A stretch of DNA of 64,000 nucleotides, taken from NCBI RefSeq assembly GCF_964204645.1, contig NC_134028.1, positions 18,297,653 to 18,361,652 on the forward strand. Direction: 5' to 3'. The DNA is from Tubulanus polymorphus. Its lineage: Eukaryota; Animalia; Nemertea. A program made the translations under genes and the position numbers. Positions 14,833 to 26,580 of this stretch are shown here, in pieces (the first letter of the stretch is position 1; each line of letters starts with the position of its first letter). The notes below the pieces were generated by a model, which was given only the letters and a program-made list of their open reading frames with translations, searched no databases and was not told the origin of the DNA.

Positions 14833-15098
14833 GGCGGATCTAGGGACAGTGGGACCCGAGAGACCACGGCCCATCCTCCTCGAAGTTCCGATCGTTTATT
14901 TCTTATTTTCCCACTGTCGTGCCCCTACTTGCGAGTTGTGGTGCAAATATCTACTCATTTCCTCTTGAATAAGTGCTGAAATGCAGGAAATTGCACAATT
15001 GTGCACATGGAATATGCTATATTCTGCTGGCGGATGACCCCCAGATCCTCCACCCTGTCTTTCGCGCCTATTACACGACAGCCCTAGATCCGCCCCTG
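14833..15098. mobile_element. short MITE-like element
   Basis: GGCGGATCTAGGG at left and CCCTAGATCCGCC(CCTG) at right. Confidence 0.45.
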
Positions 15099-15615
15099 AG
15101 ACAGGCAGAGCAATCAGAAGAGAAAAAAATCAATAGATGCTTATAAAATGTATTATGAAATAAGATAAAATTTTTGAATAAAGTGAATTTGACGCGTCGA
15201 TTGACGCATTGTTTGCCTACTTGACTGTTGACCGGTTCATTTTCAGGGCCCTCGAGATCTCTACCCTTTTTCAGCCAGAATGGCTTTTGTTTCCTGATCC
15301 GGTCCCAAGTTTCCATCCAGACATCTTGGTTACTGGGAGCCGCTGAGCACACAAAGTCCCTCCGCCATGTAGGAGCCTTTATTGCAGATCGAGGTCGGAG
15401 TCGTCCCATGGCCGGTTGTCCCTCATCTACCGATTCTCCGTCAGATTCACCGTGTTCTGAGGCGGTTTCCTCAGCGAGAGTCGGTATCTCAGCTCGAGCA
15501 GGTGTTTCGGCTTGAATCCATCCATTCCGAGGGTCCGGTTCCATCGGGATCTACTGATCCTCTTCCTCCTCCTCTGAACTCGAAGAACTATGTCCTAGTG
15601 CGACCGGGTAATACT

Positions 15616-16446
15616 TCATGGTGCCGTGCCTAGTGGAGGTAGGTTTGTTTTTGGGGGAACCTGGGGGTTTTTAACATCATCCACCCTAATTATGGCCGGT
15701 TTCATGTCGTTGAAGTGGGCAACATTGATCTTGGTCTTTCCTGACAAAGACTCCACCCGATAATTTACCTCAATCCGGCACTGTGTAACCAAAAACGGGC
15801 CATACCACTTCCCGTGGAATTTCGGGGCCTCTCCAGGCTTGACATAGTGACTGTATAGCCAGACTCTGTCTCCCACTTGATAGCCTCCACATGATGTGAA
15901 TCTGTCATAATACTGTCGCTGGCGCCTTTGGGCAACAGTCAATCTCTCCCTGACTGCATTATATGCAGATTTAATTCGGCCTGCAAAACACCGAGCGTAT
16001 TCTGCTGTGGACTGATCTTGTCGTGAATAAGATTATCAGTTATAATGTATTATATTGTTATATAAAATTGTAGAACTTCAAACAATTGTCGAACTGCGTG
16101 AACTATAAGACTGTACTGAGCCTTTAACTGTAACTGTAACTATTCAACTGTATCTGTGCATTCCTCTGTAAATACGGAATAGAATTCTATAGTATGTGTG
16201 ACATTAACAGAAAACCACGTAGTCGTTCGGTCGTTCGTTCTCTATCTCTCTCTGCTTACCGGTCGGACCTACCCCTCCTGAGGACAGATCTGGCTCCGGG
16301 CTACCCACCATCGGATCAATCTGGAGACTCATTTCACGTCCAAATGTCAAAAAGGATGGGGTTTCCTGTGTTGATGACTAGACACTCGGTCGGAATGCCA
16401 TGCTTTCTAATTCTCGTCAACTGTCACCTATCACCGTCAGCTTTAA
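15616..16446 (-). pseudogene. Gypsy LTR-retrotransposon integrase, C-terminal part (interrupted by a solo LTR)
   Basis: LTFGREMSLQIDPMVG, then after removing 16019-16286 an in-frame PEPDQSTAEYAR...AQRRQRQYYD...GDRVWL...KWYGPF (GPY/F region). Confidence 0.85.
16019..16286. mobile_element. solo LTR
   Basis: TGTCGTG...GAGGACA (TG...CA) flanked by 5-bp TSD GATCT (16014-16018, 16287-16291). Removing it restores the Gypsy reading frame. Confidence 0.8.
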
Positions 16447-16567
16447 CCCTAAGATACCATAAGTATCATATATGATACGTCCATTTTGCCAAAAAAAAAT
16501 TTTTCTTCAGCAAAATCACATATCTATGGATTATATTCAAAAAGGTGCCTCAAAGACCGGTTGTATC

Positions 16568-16975
16568 AGTAATAGGGGTAATGGGCTTTCAAGCCAAAGG
16601 TCGAACGGTCGAGCTCATTAAAAACAAATGTTAAAAGTAATTTAAAACTATAATATATTTTCATAACCGTGTGCATTTTATATTATAACTAAATATTTAT
16701 TCTAAGATATCAATAATTTAAATTTAAAAAGCATATTGTATTAAATCAATTGGTCGCTCCACTTCGCTACCGCTCCGCTCCGCGACCAATTGATTTATTT
16801 ACAATACACAAATTCATATAATCAAATATATTGTAATAATAATTATTATTCTATTATTCAACTGAAATGCACACGGTTATGAAAATATATTATAGTTTTA
16901 AATTACTTTTAATATTTGTTTTTAATGAACTCGACCATTGAACCTTTAACCTGAAAGCCCATTACCCCTATTACT
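16568..16975. repeat. E1 left terminal fold-back palindrome (TIR continues to ~17185)
   Basis: Starts AGTAATAGGGGTAATGGGC, ends GCCCATTACCCCTATTACT; central stem AATCAATTGGTCGC/GCGACCAATTGATT. Confidence 0.95.
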
Positions 16976-17207
16976 CTTAAAATAATCATATACATGAATA
17001 ACATTTAAATTGACAGATTATTCAATATAAAAGTGTGAGCTCTTATAGAATATATAGATAGATATATTTACAACATTATTTCAATATTTATATTTGTATG
17101 AGTCAGATTTTTAAACATTAAAAGTGTTAGTAAAGTGTGATTGAAATAATACATATTTAAATCATTGAACTTCTAAAATCTATTTTAATAAAAAATTTAG
17201 TATTAAA

Positions 17208-20200
17208 ATGGAAGCAAATAAGTACTACTGCCCAACATGTAATATCAATATAGATAAATCCCAAAAAGCAAGACACAATAAAACTAAAACACATTTAGAG
17301 AATAAATTGAAACTAGAATATAAAGATGATATATTAGAAACTAAATTAGATGAATTAAAGAATGAAAAAGAAACATACAAATGTGATACATGTAATCAAT
17401 CATTCAGTGATAAAAGATATTATAATGAACATTTAAAATCTAAAAGTCGTATTAGAAATAAGAATAATGATATTTTAGGTGAAGATTATTTTGATAAAGA
17501 TAATGATAAGAAACAGAAGACAATTAAAAGCATAAAAAATAAATTAAACAATAAAAGACCATACATGGAAGATGTAAGAAATTATATTAATTCATTGGAT
17601 AATAAAAAAAGATATAGAGATAACCGAAGCATTTAAAAGTGATATTGGCCCAGCAGCTATCGAGTTTAAATTTCATAAAGGTAAAACATTAGAAGAAAAT
17701 AAAAAACATTTAGAAAATATGAAAGAAATAATAAAAATAATAACTGATGTTGAATATCCTAAAATAAGTATATCTTCTAAAGTTAAATTCATAAAATCTG
17801 AAGATAAACCAATATATAATATAAATTCTCATTCACAACATATTATATCTAAACAACATATAGATGATAAATTAGATAAATGTTATAATGAAGTAAAAAC
17901 TAAAATAGAAGAGAAATATTTTGAAGGATCTGGTTTAATATTTGATGAGATAATATTTATGACTTTACATGTTTATAACACAAAATATAATAAGTTAACT
18001 AAATCAAAACCAATTGATGAAAATAATAATAATCATATTATAAAGAACCAGATATTGAAGCATCGAGTTATATCAAACTACCATTTAAAACTAATGCTGT
18101 AATAAATGTACAAAATGAAGATGATAAATGTTTTCTATCGGCTATAATAAGTTGTTTACACCCAGTTGAAGATTATAAACAACATAGTTTTAGATTAACT
18201 CATTATAAACCATTTGAAAATAATTATAATATAGATAAGTATCCTGTTATAATTAAAAACATCCCAAAAATAGAAAGAGATAATAATTTGAGAATAAATG
18301 TATTTGATTTAATCAAATTACCAAATACAAAAGGTAACAACATAAAATATGATACATTAGAACCTTTATACCTATCAAAAGATTATGATTCAAACGATGT
18401 TATAGATATACTATATTATGAGAATCATTATATGTGGATTAAAAAAATCGATTTATTTTTTAAATCAGAAAATGATCACCATAAAATATATCTTTGTAGA
18501 AAATGTTTACATAGATTCAGTAATGAAAGTACATTATTAAATCATAAACAATTATGTGAAAATCACGATTATTGTAAATTAGTTTTACCAAATGAAAAGG
18601 ATAAAATATTAGAATTCAAAAAATATGATTACAAAAATAAAGTACCATTTGTAATATATGGAGATTTTGAATCATTAAATAAAGAACTAACTGATCAAGA
18701 TAGAAAAGAAATATATTATAAGAGAAAGAAATTAAATTCTAATGAAAATGATTATTCTGAAGAACCACCAAAAACAAATACTATTAAAAAGATTCATCAA
18801 TCAGCTGCTGCTTTCGGGTTATATATTAAATCTGATTATCCAGAACTAATTGAGAGTGAATATTATCATTATAGAAATGAAAATGTTATCAATCATTTTT
18901 GTGACTTATTAATTGAATATGAAATAAAATTTAATGAAAAGTTAAATAAAAATATAGAAATTATAATGACAGAAGAAGATAAAGAAGAATTTGCGTTTGC
19001 AGATAAATGTTATTATTGTGAAAAGATATTTAATTATAAAGATAAAAAAGTAAGAGACCATGATCATTTGAACGGAAAGTTTAGAGGCGCTGCACATGAG
19101 AATTGAAACTTACAAGCTAAGAAAATTAACTTTGTACCAGTTATATTTCATAATCTATCAGGATACGATGCTCATTTATTCATCAAACAGTTATGTTATA
19201 AAATAGAAGAAATTAATAATGAAATAGAAAGATTAAATTCAAATAGATCAAAAGATAAAATACCAACTTATAAATTTAGAATGTTAGCTAAAACATCTGA
19301 GAATTATATATCATTCCAATTTGGTTGCCTAAGATTTATAGATTCATATAGATTTTTAAATAGTTCATTAGATAACTTATCAAAATCATTAGTTGATGAT
19401 GAATTAAAAATATTAAAGCAACACTACCCAAATAATGATGATTTTCAATTAATGAGATATAAAGGAGCAATTCCATATTCATTTTATAAATCACATAATG
19501 ATTTTAACATTACTGAATTATTGAAAGAACAATTCTATGATGAATTAAAAAATGAATATGTTAAAGATGAAGTCTATAATAGAAAATTGAATATTTGGAA
19601 TCATTTCAAAATAGAAAATCATGGACAATTAGTAGATTTATATCTAAAATCAGATGTATTATTATTAACCGATATATTCGAAAGGTTTAGAGATTTAAAC
19701 CTAAAATATTTTAACATTGATCCTTGTCATTGTTATTCTAGTCCAGGTTTAACATGGGATTGTGGATTAAAATTTACGGATATAAAAATGGATTTGTTAA
19801 CAAATATAGATCAATTACTATTATTTGAAAAATCTATAAGAGGAGGAGTTTCAGGTGTATTAGGTGATAGATATTTCAATGTAAATGATAACCCTGGATA
19901 TAAGTTATTATATATAGATGCAAATAATCTAGATATTGCAGATGATTCAGATACTGGTTACTTTTTTGTTGTAGATTTAGAATATCCTGAACATATTAAA
20001 TTTAAATCTAGAAATCTAGCTTACTGTCCCAAACATAAAACCGTAACTCATGAAGAATTATCAAATTATCAAAAAAGAATTAAACCCGAAAATAACATTC
20101 ATACAGAAAAGTTAATGGTAACTCAAGAAGATAAATATAATTATGTAGTACATTATAGAATGTTAAAGTTTTATCTAAAACAAGGAATGATCTTAAAAAA

Positions 20201-20554
20201 AGAACATAGATATATTTCATTTAGCCAATCTAAGTGGTTAGAAAAATATATAGATTTTAACACCAAACAGAGAACTAAAGCTAAAACTTGATTTCGAGAA
20301 AGATTTCTTCAAGTTAATGAATAATGCATTCTATGGCAAGACTTGTGAAATTAATAAAAATAGAAATGATATTGAGTTAGTTAGTAATGGTAAAAGGATA
20401 AGGCATTTACAATCATATCCTAAATTTATAGGTAACAGAATATTTGATGAAAATTTAGCCGCCGTTAAGATGAGAAGAACATCAATGAAATTTAATAAAC
20501 CAATCTATGTTGGCGCTTCAGTTTTAGAATTATCAAAATTACTAATGTATGAAT
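17208..20554 (+). pseudogene. protein-primed family B DNA polymerase (pPolB), E1, disrupted and 3'-truncated
   Basis: ORF pieces 17208, 17719, 18288, 19281, 20317; YGDFES, FHNLSGYDAH, RGGVSG, YIDANN, KLMNNAFYGK. Confidence 0.95.
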
Positions 20555-20558
20555 GTAT

Positions 20559-21313
20559 TGTGTAACAAACGTCCCATATAAATTATTCCAAACTATTTCT
20601 GAATTATCTTCTTTTCTAGCTTGTATAGGTTTCATATTTATAGAACTATGTTTAGAATTATTATAACCTTTCATTAAATCATCTAACACATCGATATATT
20701 TAGATGTTTCATTAGCAGTAAAATATTTCCACATTCTAGTTTTCAATGTTTTATTAAATCTTTCTATAATAGATGCTTTTTTATCTGAATGTGTTGAAAA
20801 ATAATCTACATCGTTATCAGATAATAGTTTTTTAAAATGTTTGTTATAGAATTCCTTACCTTCATCAAATTGTATCTTATCTGGAATAGCTTCTTTAAAT
20901 ATAGATTTAAAAGCATTTGTTACTTCTATTCCAGTTTTATTTTTGATTGGAATTGACCATGCGTATCTACTGAATATGTCTATAACATTTAATATCCAGA
21001 AATATCCTTTGTTGTATTCCTCTAAGTTCTTCATGTCAATTAAATCAGCTTGCCATTGTTGATCCATATATGAAACCATAACTTTTCTTGTTAAATAAGT
21101 TTTATCCATTTTCTTGTGGATTTGATATGTTGGTTGATTTTGTAACCATGATTTCAATTCACTATATTTTATGCCACCATGTGGGTGCCATACGGCACCA
21201 TTACCATTTTCTTTATCAGATTTAATTTTATCCCATAATTCTGAAACGTTAGAATATGATACTTCACTTTCTGGGTTGTAATATAAATCTCTTAAATATT
21301 GTTCTTTTTTCAT
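20559..21313 (-). pseudogene. retroviral-like (rve) integrase, E1, C-terminally truncated
   Basis: WQADLID, IDIFSRYAW, QFDEGKEF, IERFNKTLK. Homology to the E3 integrase stops at NLYGTFVT. Confidence 0.93.
21173..21199 (-). mobile_element. 27-bp GC-rich hairpin micro-insertion, copy A (in frame in integrase)
   Basis: GGTGCCGTATGGCACCCACATGGTGGC; absent at the orthologous E3 site (~47120). Confidence 0.8.
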
Positions 21314-21319
21314 CTTATT

Positions 21320-21688
21320 TTAATCCATTAATAATAATCTAGATTTAGTTTCAATGGTTTTATGATTTGACTTATTTTCTGGTATAATAGCTTTATTGTC
21401 ATTGGAATCATATTTATCATCAGATTTGAATTTTGATTTATATATTACACCGGATAATATAATAACTGTTACTAATCCAATTGTAATATATAATTTATAA
21501 TTACTTTCAGCATTAGAAGAATTAGATGGATTATTATTTGAATCAATATCAGATATAGTCTGTGATTCATTTATATCAGTTAATTTCTTTTTCTTAGTTT
21601 TTTTTAATTCTGAAGATCTTTTACCTAATTCTCTTGCCCATTTAATTTGTTTTTCAGATTTAGCCTTTTTCTTAACGCTATCACTCAT
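21320..21688 (-). CDS. Polinton small basic protein with one transmembrane helix (122 aa)
   Basis: Ortholog of E3 46613-47008; hydrophobic LYITIGLVTVIILSGVIY; TAAATG start. Confidence 0.8.
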   Translation of the reverse strand: MSDSVKKKAKSEKQIKWARELGKRSSELKKTKKKKLTDINESQTISDIDSNNNPSNSSNAESNYKLYITIGLVTVIILSGVIYKSKFKSDDKYDSNDNKAIIPENKSNHKTIETKSRLLLMD

Positions 21689-21697
21689 TTATTTTAG

Positions 21698-22282
21698 TTA
21701 ATTTTTGTTCTGATTCATTTTCTGTTTCGACGTTTGGTTGTAGTACATCTGTTTCGTTCTTACCTGATTATATTCCATAGGTTTGATGTTCGAAAATGTT
21801 ATGACGCCAGTAGAAATTAATGTCATAACCGATCCTAATTGAAATGAAGCATAACCAACCCATTTTTGTAATTCAGTCATAACTAAGTAGTCATTTTTCA
21901 AATCACTATATAATTTATTTTCATCATTAATTGGTATTAACTGGTTACATAATGTTGAATAACATTTGACAATACCATCTGAAATAGAATCATTTATTCT
22001 AGCTAATCTAGCTTCTTCATAAATCTTAAAATATTTTATTACTTTATCGGGTTTCATAGCATCTAATTCTTGAAAAGTAATTATTTTCCCGATAAACTGA
22101 TTACATTTCCCGCCAGCAATTAATAATTCTAGATGGTGTTTACAATATAAATAGTATTCATAATCAATATTACAATTAACTTGAGCACAATTAGTTACAA
22201 CTGTATCTTTATTATCACTTATACCCAAATCATCTAATGTCTTTTCAATATCAATAATATTCTTATTAGATTTCTTTGACAT
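21698..22282 (-). CDS. Polinton conserved hypothetical protein (194 aa)
   Basis: Ortholog of E3 46013-46620; TAAATG start; extreme C-terminus probably frameshifted relative to E3. Confidence 0.8.
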   Translation of the reverse strand: MSKKSNKNIIDIEKTLDDLGISDNKDTVVTNCAQVNCNIDYEYYLYCKHHLELLIAGGKCNQFIGKIITFQELDAMKPDKVIKYFKIYEEARLARINDSISDGIVKCYSTLCNQLIPINDENKLYSDLKNDYLVMTELQKWVGYASFQLGSVMTLISTGVITFSNIKPMEYNQVRTKQMYYNQTSKQKMNQNKN

Positions 22283-22530
22283 TTATATTAGAGAAAAAAA
22301 GCAAAAAAAAATATTATAAGTATTCTTCAAATGATACTAGCTAGTTAAGCTAAAGAATTTTAGTATTGACTACTGATACTAGCTATTTGAATTTAAAGAA
22401 TCTCTATTTGAATCTATTCAAAATATAAAGTATTCTCTTTTTGAAAAGAAAATATTAAAAATATAATAGAATTCACTAGCAGTTGAAGTTATTGTTTTTT
22501 TATTATATTTTATTTAAATTAGGATTTAAT

Positions 22531-22557
22531 ATCACCATGTGGGTGCCGTACGGCACC
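22531..22557 (-). mobile_element. 27-bp GC-rich hairpin micro-insertion, copy B (intergenic)
   Basis: GGTGCCGTACGGCACCCACATGGTGAT; absent at the orthologous E3 site (~45764). Confidence 0.8.
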
Positions 22558-22718
22558 ATCTCACTACTATTGTCTATCTATTAGGAGCAGTAATTATAAC
22601 TGTCCAGATAAGTCATTTCGGATCCTCGATAATAAATCCTTAACTGAAAATAAATTCAAAGAAACGACTGGTGGAATTACTATTTCATAAACACATATAT
22701 TTATTATGTAAATTTTAG

Positions 22719-23071
22719 CGATCAATAATAGAACAATGGGGAACAATAGAAATGCGGTCCAATCGGACCGGTTATTGCGCAATACACAGTTATATTTTTA
22801 TTCTGTAAACTACAACATTCAAACATAGAAATGTAACCAATCAATATTGAGCAGCTGTTTCCGTCAACAACGATCAATAGTAGAACAATGGAGAACAATA
22901 GAAAAGCGGTTCAATCGGACCGGTTATTGCGCAATACACTGTTAACAGTAAACAATCAATACAGAACAACCGCCGCCATTAACAACGATCAATAATAGAA
23001 CAATGGAGAACAATAGAAAAGCGGTTCAGTCGGACCGGTTATTGCGCAATACACAGTTTACAGTAAACAAT
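22719..23071. repeat. three-copy tandem array with ATTGCGCAAT and AACAAT motifs
   Basis: Unit CGATCAATAATAGAACAATGGAGAACAATAGAAAAGCGGTTCAATCGGACCGGTTATTGCGCAATACAC at ~22719, 22871, 22986. Confidence 0.9.
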
Positions 23072-23148
23072 ACAATATTAAAACAGATATATACAATCGA
23101 GATTACATTTTTTGATATCTATATTACAAAGACCTTCAGTGTTATAAT

Positions 23149-23878
23149 TTATAATTTTGTCCAGAATTCTTTAATTACTGGATTGTTTCCAATCATTTCT
23201 TCAATTTCTGGCAAATATCTGACTACTTCACTAAATGCTAATCCTAATATTTTGAATTTTTAATATTTTATTAATCTACCTACTCTTCTCAGTTTTCTTT
23301 CAAAACCGGCACTGATATCTATGTTCTTTTTAACCCACAGCCCCCAAGAAATCCCCTCAGTTTCTTTATCAAACATTGAAAACCCTATATTTAGATAACC
23401 CCCGAAAATGATGTGGTCCCATAGGTGATTTGCTTTTCTATTTAATATGGTTTTATAACTTTTTTTAAAGATATCAGTAATTTCAGCAAATGAAATAACT
23501 TCTACACTTTGTATTTCCGGAAAGTTTAAATGTTCTGTGTCAATGATTAATTTAGATTTTAAAAACTCGTTCAACTCTTCTCCACTCATTTTCTTAGTTT
23601 TCGATTCTTTAAGTCCCAACAGCAATTTAAGTCGCGTTGCTGGTAATTTTGGTAATTGTAGTTCGCGCGGTAATTGTTTATTATGTATTACATCACTCAG
23701 AATTTTCACCATTTCTTGATGATAATCCAAATGTTCTTGTAAGTTTTTGTGAAGTTTGTTCGTCAATTACGAGAGTTTCATCCTCCATTTCTATTGATTC
23801 CTGAGTTTCCCTATCCAGCAGCAATCGTTCCTCACCCGTTGGTTGGCTTAGAATTTCTGGTTGATCTCTGTATTCCAT
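23149..23878 (-). pseudogene. Polinton accessory protein (homolog of E3 43647-44396), frameshift plus stop
   Basis: YHQEM, KKMSGEELNEFLKSKL, HLWDHIIFG, ERKLRRVGRLI and C-terminal IKEFW shared with the E3 ORF. Confidence 0.8.
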
Positions 23879-24226
23879 TTTAATCTAAAAGATGTCGTGA
23901 AAATGAATTACTGTACTTAAATATGTTTAAAGGTTTCCCTACTTCATAATAACTACAAAAAACGGTACTTACATTTAGATTTAGAACTGTAAACTGTGTT
24001 TTGAGAGAGAATATCCAATACGTACTATGTATGTGAAAGTTGATTTCTAACTGCCGACGTGGCGCACGTTCGACCAAACTAATTATTTCTGCACAGATGT
24101 TCTTTATGATGAAGTTAATTAATTCTTTAGAATTGAAAACAAGATATATTTGGCAACATATGTTTTAGTAGTAAGCAAAAGCTATGTATTATAGACATAC
24201 AAAGCTCAAATAGAATTGCCAGCTTT

Positions 24227-24867
24227 CTAACCACTGATTAAAACCTCAGAATGCGGTTGATTCTGTGAAATACTATTCCATAATTCAACAAATGTCTTTG
24301 CTTTATCCAGTTGATCTAAATATAACTGTAAATCTAGTTTATTAGATTTAATTATGTTTTCCTTCTTTTCTAAAGGCCTTAAATTTTTCCAGTTCCATAT
24401 TAGCTTCTTATTATAATCATCACTCATGTCAAATTTAGAAATAGGCAACACGTGATCAATATGAAAGTATTCACCATAATTATCTATATTCATTTTATCA
24501 TCGAATTGATATATTATCCATGATTTTAAGAATTCATCTGAACAACCCAATAAATTAAATAGTGTTTCTGAATGTGTTTCTTTGTTGAATAATTGTGTTA
24601 ATCTAGTCCTTAAGCATTGTTTCGATCTAAAATTAAGATCTGTTTGATATCTTTCTCTCATATATTCTGTCATATAATCATTATAAGCTTCTCTATTATC
24701 TTCTCTGTATTGTTTGGTATATAGTTTAAAACAAGTTTTACAGCAATATTGAAAACCATCTTTGCTAATCTTACGCTTACTAAATTCTGTTAAAGCTTCT
24801 TGTGGTATATATTTATGATGCCAGTGTTATTTGTAATATTGATAATTTGCGGTTGTTCTGGTTCCAT
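24227..24867 (-). pseudogene. HNH-type endonuclease with N-terminal Cys zinc motif, E1
   Basis: KDGFQYCCKTC, FHIDHVLPISKF...NLRPLEKKENIIKSNK. TAAATG start at 24867 abuts the right TIR; small deletion/frameshift near 24800. Confidence 0.75.
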
Positions 24868-25073
24868 TTATTATACATATTTTTTTACTAAATTGATTTT
24901 AGAAGTTCAATGATTTATATCATGCATTATTTCAATCACACTTTACTAACACTTTTAATGTTTAAAAATCTAACTCACACAAATATAAATATTCAAATAA
25001 TGTTGTAAATATATACTTTTATATTGAATAATCTGTCAATTTAAATGTTATTCATGTATATGATTATTTTAAG

Positions 25074-25481
25074 AGTAATAGGGGTAATGGGCTTTCAGGT
25101 TAAAGGTTCAATGGTTGAGTTCATTAAAAACAAATATTAAAAGTAATTTAAAACTATAATATATTTTCATAACCGTGTGTATTTCAGTTGAATAATAGAA
25201 TAATAATTATTATTAAAATATATTTGATTATATGAATTTGTGTATTGTAAATAAAGCAATTGGTCGCGGAGCGGAGCGGTAGCGAAGTGGAGCGACCAAT
25301 TGATTTAATACAATATGCTTTTTAAATTTAAGTTATTGATATCTTAGAATAAATATTTAGTTATAATATAAAATGCACACGGTTATGAAAATATATTATA
25401 GTTTTAAATTACTTTTAACATTTGTTTTTAATGAGCTCGACCGTTCGACCTTTGGCTTGAAAGCCCATTACCCCTATTACT
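25074..25481. repeat. E1 right terminal fold-back palindrome (TIR from ~24893)
   Basis: Reverse complement of 16568-16975 with a few mismatches. Confidence 0.95.
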
Positions 25482-25899
25482 TGTATCATTCCTGATACAG
25501 ATAAGTGCTTCCCTCTATCTAGTCATTTGTGAACTAAATCCAAAAATGGTAACTTTCTGTCTGCTTGAATGATCATAAGAGTCATAAAGTCAAAAGTTTT
25601 AGGTCACACTACGAAACGAGGTGAGTTTACATATAAATCTAAGCATTATTTCAATCAATAAAAGTATGGAGAATACTAGGGAATGATGTATTGTATATTG
25701 CAACGATTTTACAACTGAGTACAGGTGAATCATAACATGTTGTATCAGATATGATACAGTCGGTATATCTGTCAACAATTTACAAAAAAATAAAGATTGA
25801 TTTTTGAAATGGATTGTTTATTTCAGGACATTCTACTATCGCATCTATTGTAATAAAATCAGTTTTGACGAACTTGATTCAATTTTGGACGTTCTTTCA

Positions 25900-25983
25900 T
25901 TTTCTTACGTGAAATGCTCCATATGCAAGGTCCACCTGTGCCTCAATAAGGACAGAAACTGCTTTTTAGCGTATCACAAGTGA
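25900..25983 (+). pseudogene. piggyBac transposase C-terminal cysteine-rich domain remnant
   Basis: Translates FSYVKCSICKVHLCLNKDRNCFLAYHK*. Confidence 0.8.
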
Positions 25984-26210
25984 AAATCCTGTATCCAATT
26001 AAAGTTCTTAATAAAGAAAAACTTTATTTGAATCTGAAAATTTTTATTTAATTTTGTCAAGTAAAACCGGTTGTATCAGATCTGCTACAGGACCTAATTT
26101 TGGCCCAGTCAATTTTTAAGACATTTCTCTTCAAATGACACCTTCCTGAATATAGAAATATGAGTGACATAATTTTAAGACGCTGGCTTCATAGTTTAGG
26201 CTTCTTAGGG

Positions 26211-26580
26211 TTAATCGATTTGTTGAAATGTTCAACTTGTCCATTCCCTTGAGGGTTGAAAGTAGTGGTTAAAGTTCGATGGATGCCGAGTAGCTGATTG
26301 ATCTCCTTAAACACCCTCGACGTAAAATTGGAGCCCTTATCTGAATGGAGGCTCTCCGGGCAACCATATCTGCAGATCCACTCATTGATGAGTAACCACG
26401 CCACTGTTTTAATTTCCGGTCCCGCATCGGCCAGGCTTCCGGCCACTTAGTGAAGATGTCCTGCACAACCAGTATATAATGGTTGCCTCTTCGTGTCATA
26501 GGGTTAATCGGCCCTATCACGTCGATATGCAGACGCTGGTCTTACAGCTCTGGACATACCTTTCAGCGGTTCCTGAACTT
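26211..26580 (-). pseudogene. Gypsy integrase catalytic core fragment
   Basis: HIDVIGP, GNHYILVVQDIFTKWPEAW, RYGCPESLHSDKGSNFTS, PQGNGQVEHFNKSI. Confidence 0.9.

Larger units (their letters stand above)
16568..25481 (+). mobile_element. Maverick/Polinton E1, internally deleted (8.9 kb)
   Basis: Termini AGTAATAGGGG...CCCCTATTACT, 6-bp TSD TGTATC (16562-16567, 25482-25487), ~600-bp TIRs, pPolB and integrase remnants. Confidence 0.96.
16447..26210 (+). mobile_element. piggyBac deletion derivative carrying Polinton E1
   Basis: TTAA|CCCTAAGA ... TCTTAGGG|TTAA. Removing it rejoins the Gypsy integrase (FNKSI|KA). Retains the transposase C-terminal Cys-rich remnant. Confidence 0.85.

Noticed and set aside
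16680-16700. Possible poxvirus concatemer-resolution sequence (T-run, spacer, TAAAT) in the TIR
   Set aside because: Only four Ts in very AT-rich DNA; too weak to call.
16755-16785. GCTCC repeats in the TIR loop resembling an AAV Rep-binding element, suggesting parvovirus-like flip/flop ends
   Set aside because: No HUH Rep gene, different periodicity, and all five ends have the same loop polarity.
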